Positions 63,220-64,000 of a stretch of 64,000 nucleotides of DNA are shown one piece after another (within the stretch, counting starts at the first letter, position 1; each line of letters begins with the position of its first letter). The translations under genes were made by a program, and so were the position numbers. The notes under the pieces are model-generated. The model was not told where the DNA came from and made no database searches. It saw nothing but the letters and a program-made list of their open reading frames with translations. The DNA is from Lama guanicoe (Eukaryota), in NCBI GenBank assembly GCA_013239625.1, contig MU053873.1, positions 820,524 to 884,523 of the forward strand, given 5' to 3'.

Positions 63220-64000
63220 CTGCCGGAGGGAAGGAGAGAGGCCGGGTTAGTGAGATCTGTGTGCAGGGCCCGCCTCCCCTCGGCCCACGGTGGGTGGAGG
63301 GTGGGCTCTCTGCCCTGGCTTCTGGGAGGCAGAGCTGTGGGAAATACGGGGGTCTTCACAGCTGGTTAGTGCCCCTCCTCCCAGGAGTTATTAGCCCTTA
63401 ACCCAGCTAGCACACTCAGGGCCTCTGATTTTCTCTGTCAAGTGGGGATGAGCGAATCCACCATATTTCTGAAATGATGAGCACATGTGAATGTTCCATG
63501 AAAAGTATGGCTTTTTCTCGTTAACACATTTTGGGGTGGACATGTGCCCTGAATCATCGCCATTTCACATCTGGGTAAACTAAGGTCAGGCATCAGACCC
63601 TTCCTCTCTCCTCGGGTTAGGCCACCTGTAGTGGGGAAGGGTTTAGGAAGGTCAGGCTCTACCACTGACCTGGGTGGCTTTGGACCTCTGTCAGGGCCTC
63701 AGGTTCTCATCTCTAAAACCAGGGGGATGATTCCAAATACAATGAGGCCCTGGCCAGCTCCAATAATTACTGAAGTCAATTCCAACTTGGCTATGGTGAG
63801 ATATGACCTAACCTGCAAATAAGCTGGCCTCCAAGAGTGAAACTGAATAATTGGCATTCTTCCCATCTGGAAAACTACTCAGCCTTCAAAACCCAGAACA
63901 GGGCCTACCTTCTCCAGGAAGCCTTCTGTGACTTTTACCTCAGTCTCTCAAAGTTAAATGAGGTGTTAGGTCAGGAGGATGGACTTTTTCCAAGGGAGAG

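Overview
Mammalian genomic window, probably camelid judging by its young tRNA-derived SINEs, orthologous to human 22q12.2. Gene order: 3' part of AP1B1 (+, hosting the C/D snoRNA SNORD125), RASL10A (+), GAS2L1 (-), complete EWSR1 (-), RHBDD3 (+, head-to-head with EWSR1) and the last exon of EMID1 (-). All coding exons could be assembled by hand with GT-AG boundaries and consistent phases: RASL10A 203 aa, GAS2L1 682/337 aa, EWSR1 657 aa, RHBDD3 386 aa. No prokaryotic-type system such as CRISPR is present. The most notable observations are: (1) a stop-interrupted but coding-like minus-strand frame between EWSR1 and GAS2L1, a candidate unannotated pseudogene; (2) a roughly 30-bp-phased array of nine ATTGG (CCAAT) boxes in the RASL10A 3'UTR; (3) a U12-type intron in RHBDD3; (4) neural-type microexons in AP1B1 and EWSR1; (5) an alternative terminal exon and a candidate 19-nt poison exon in EWSR1 intron 8; (6) chained uORFs at RASL10A. 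Gene names and comparisons with human come from recalled sequences, not from database searches.
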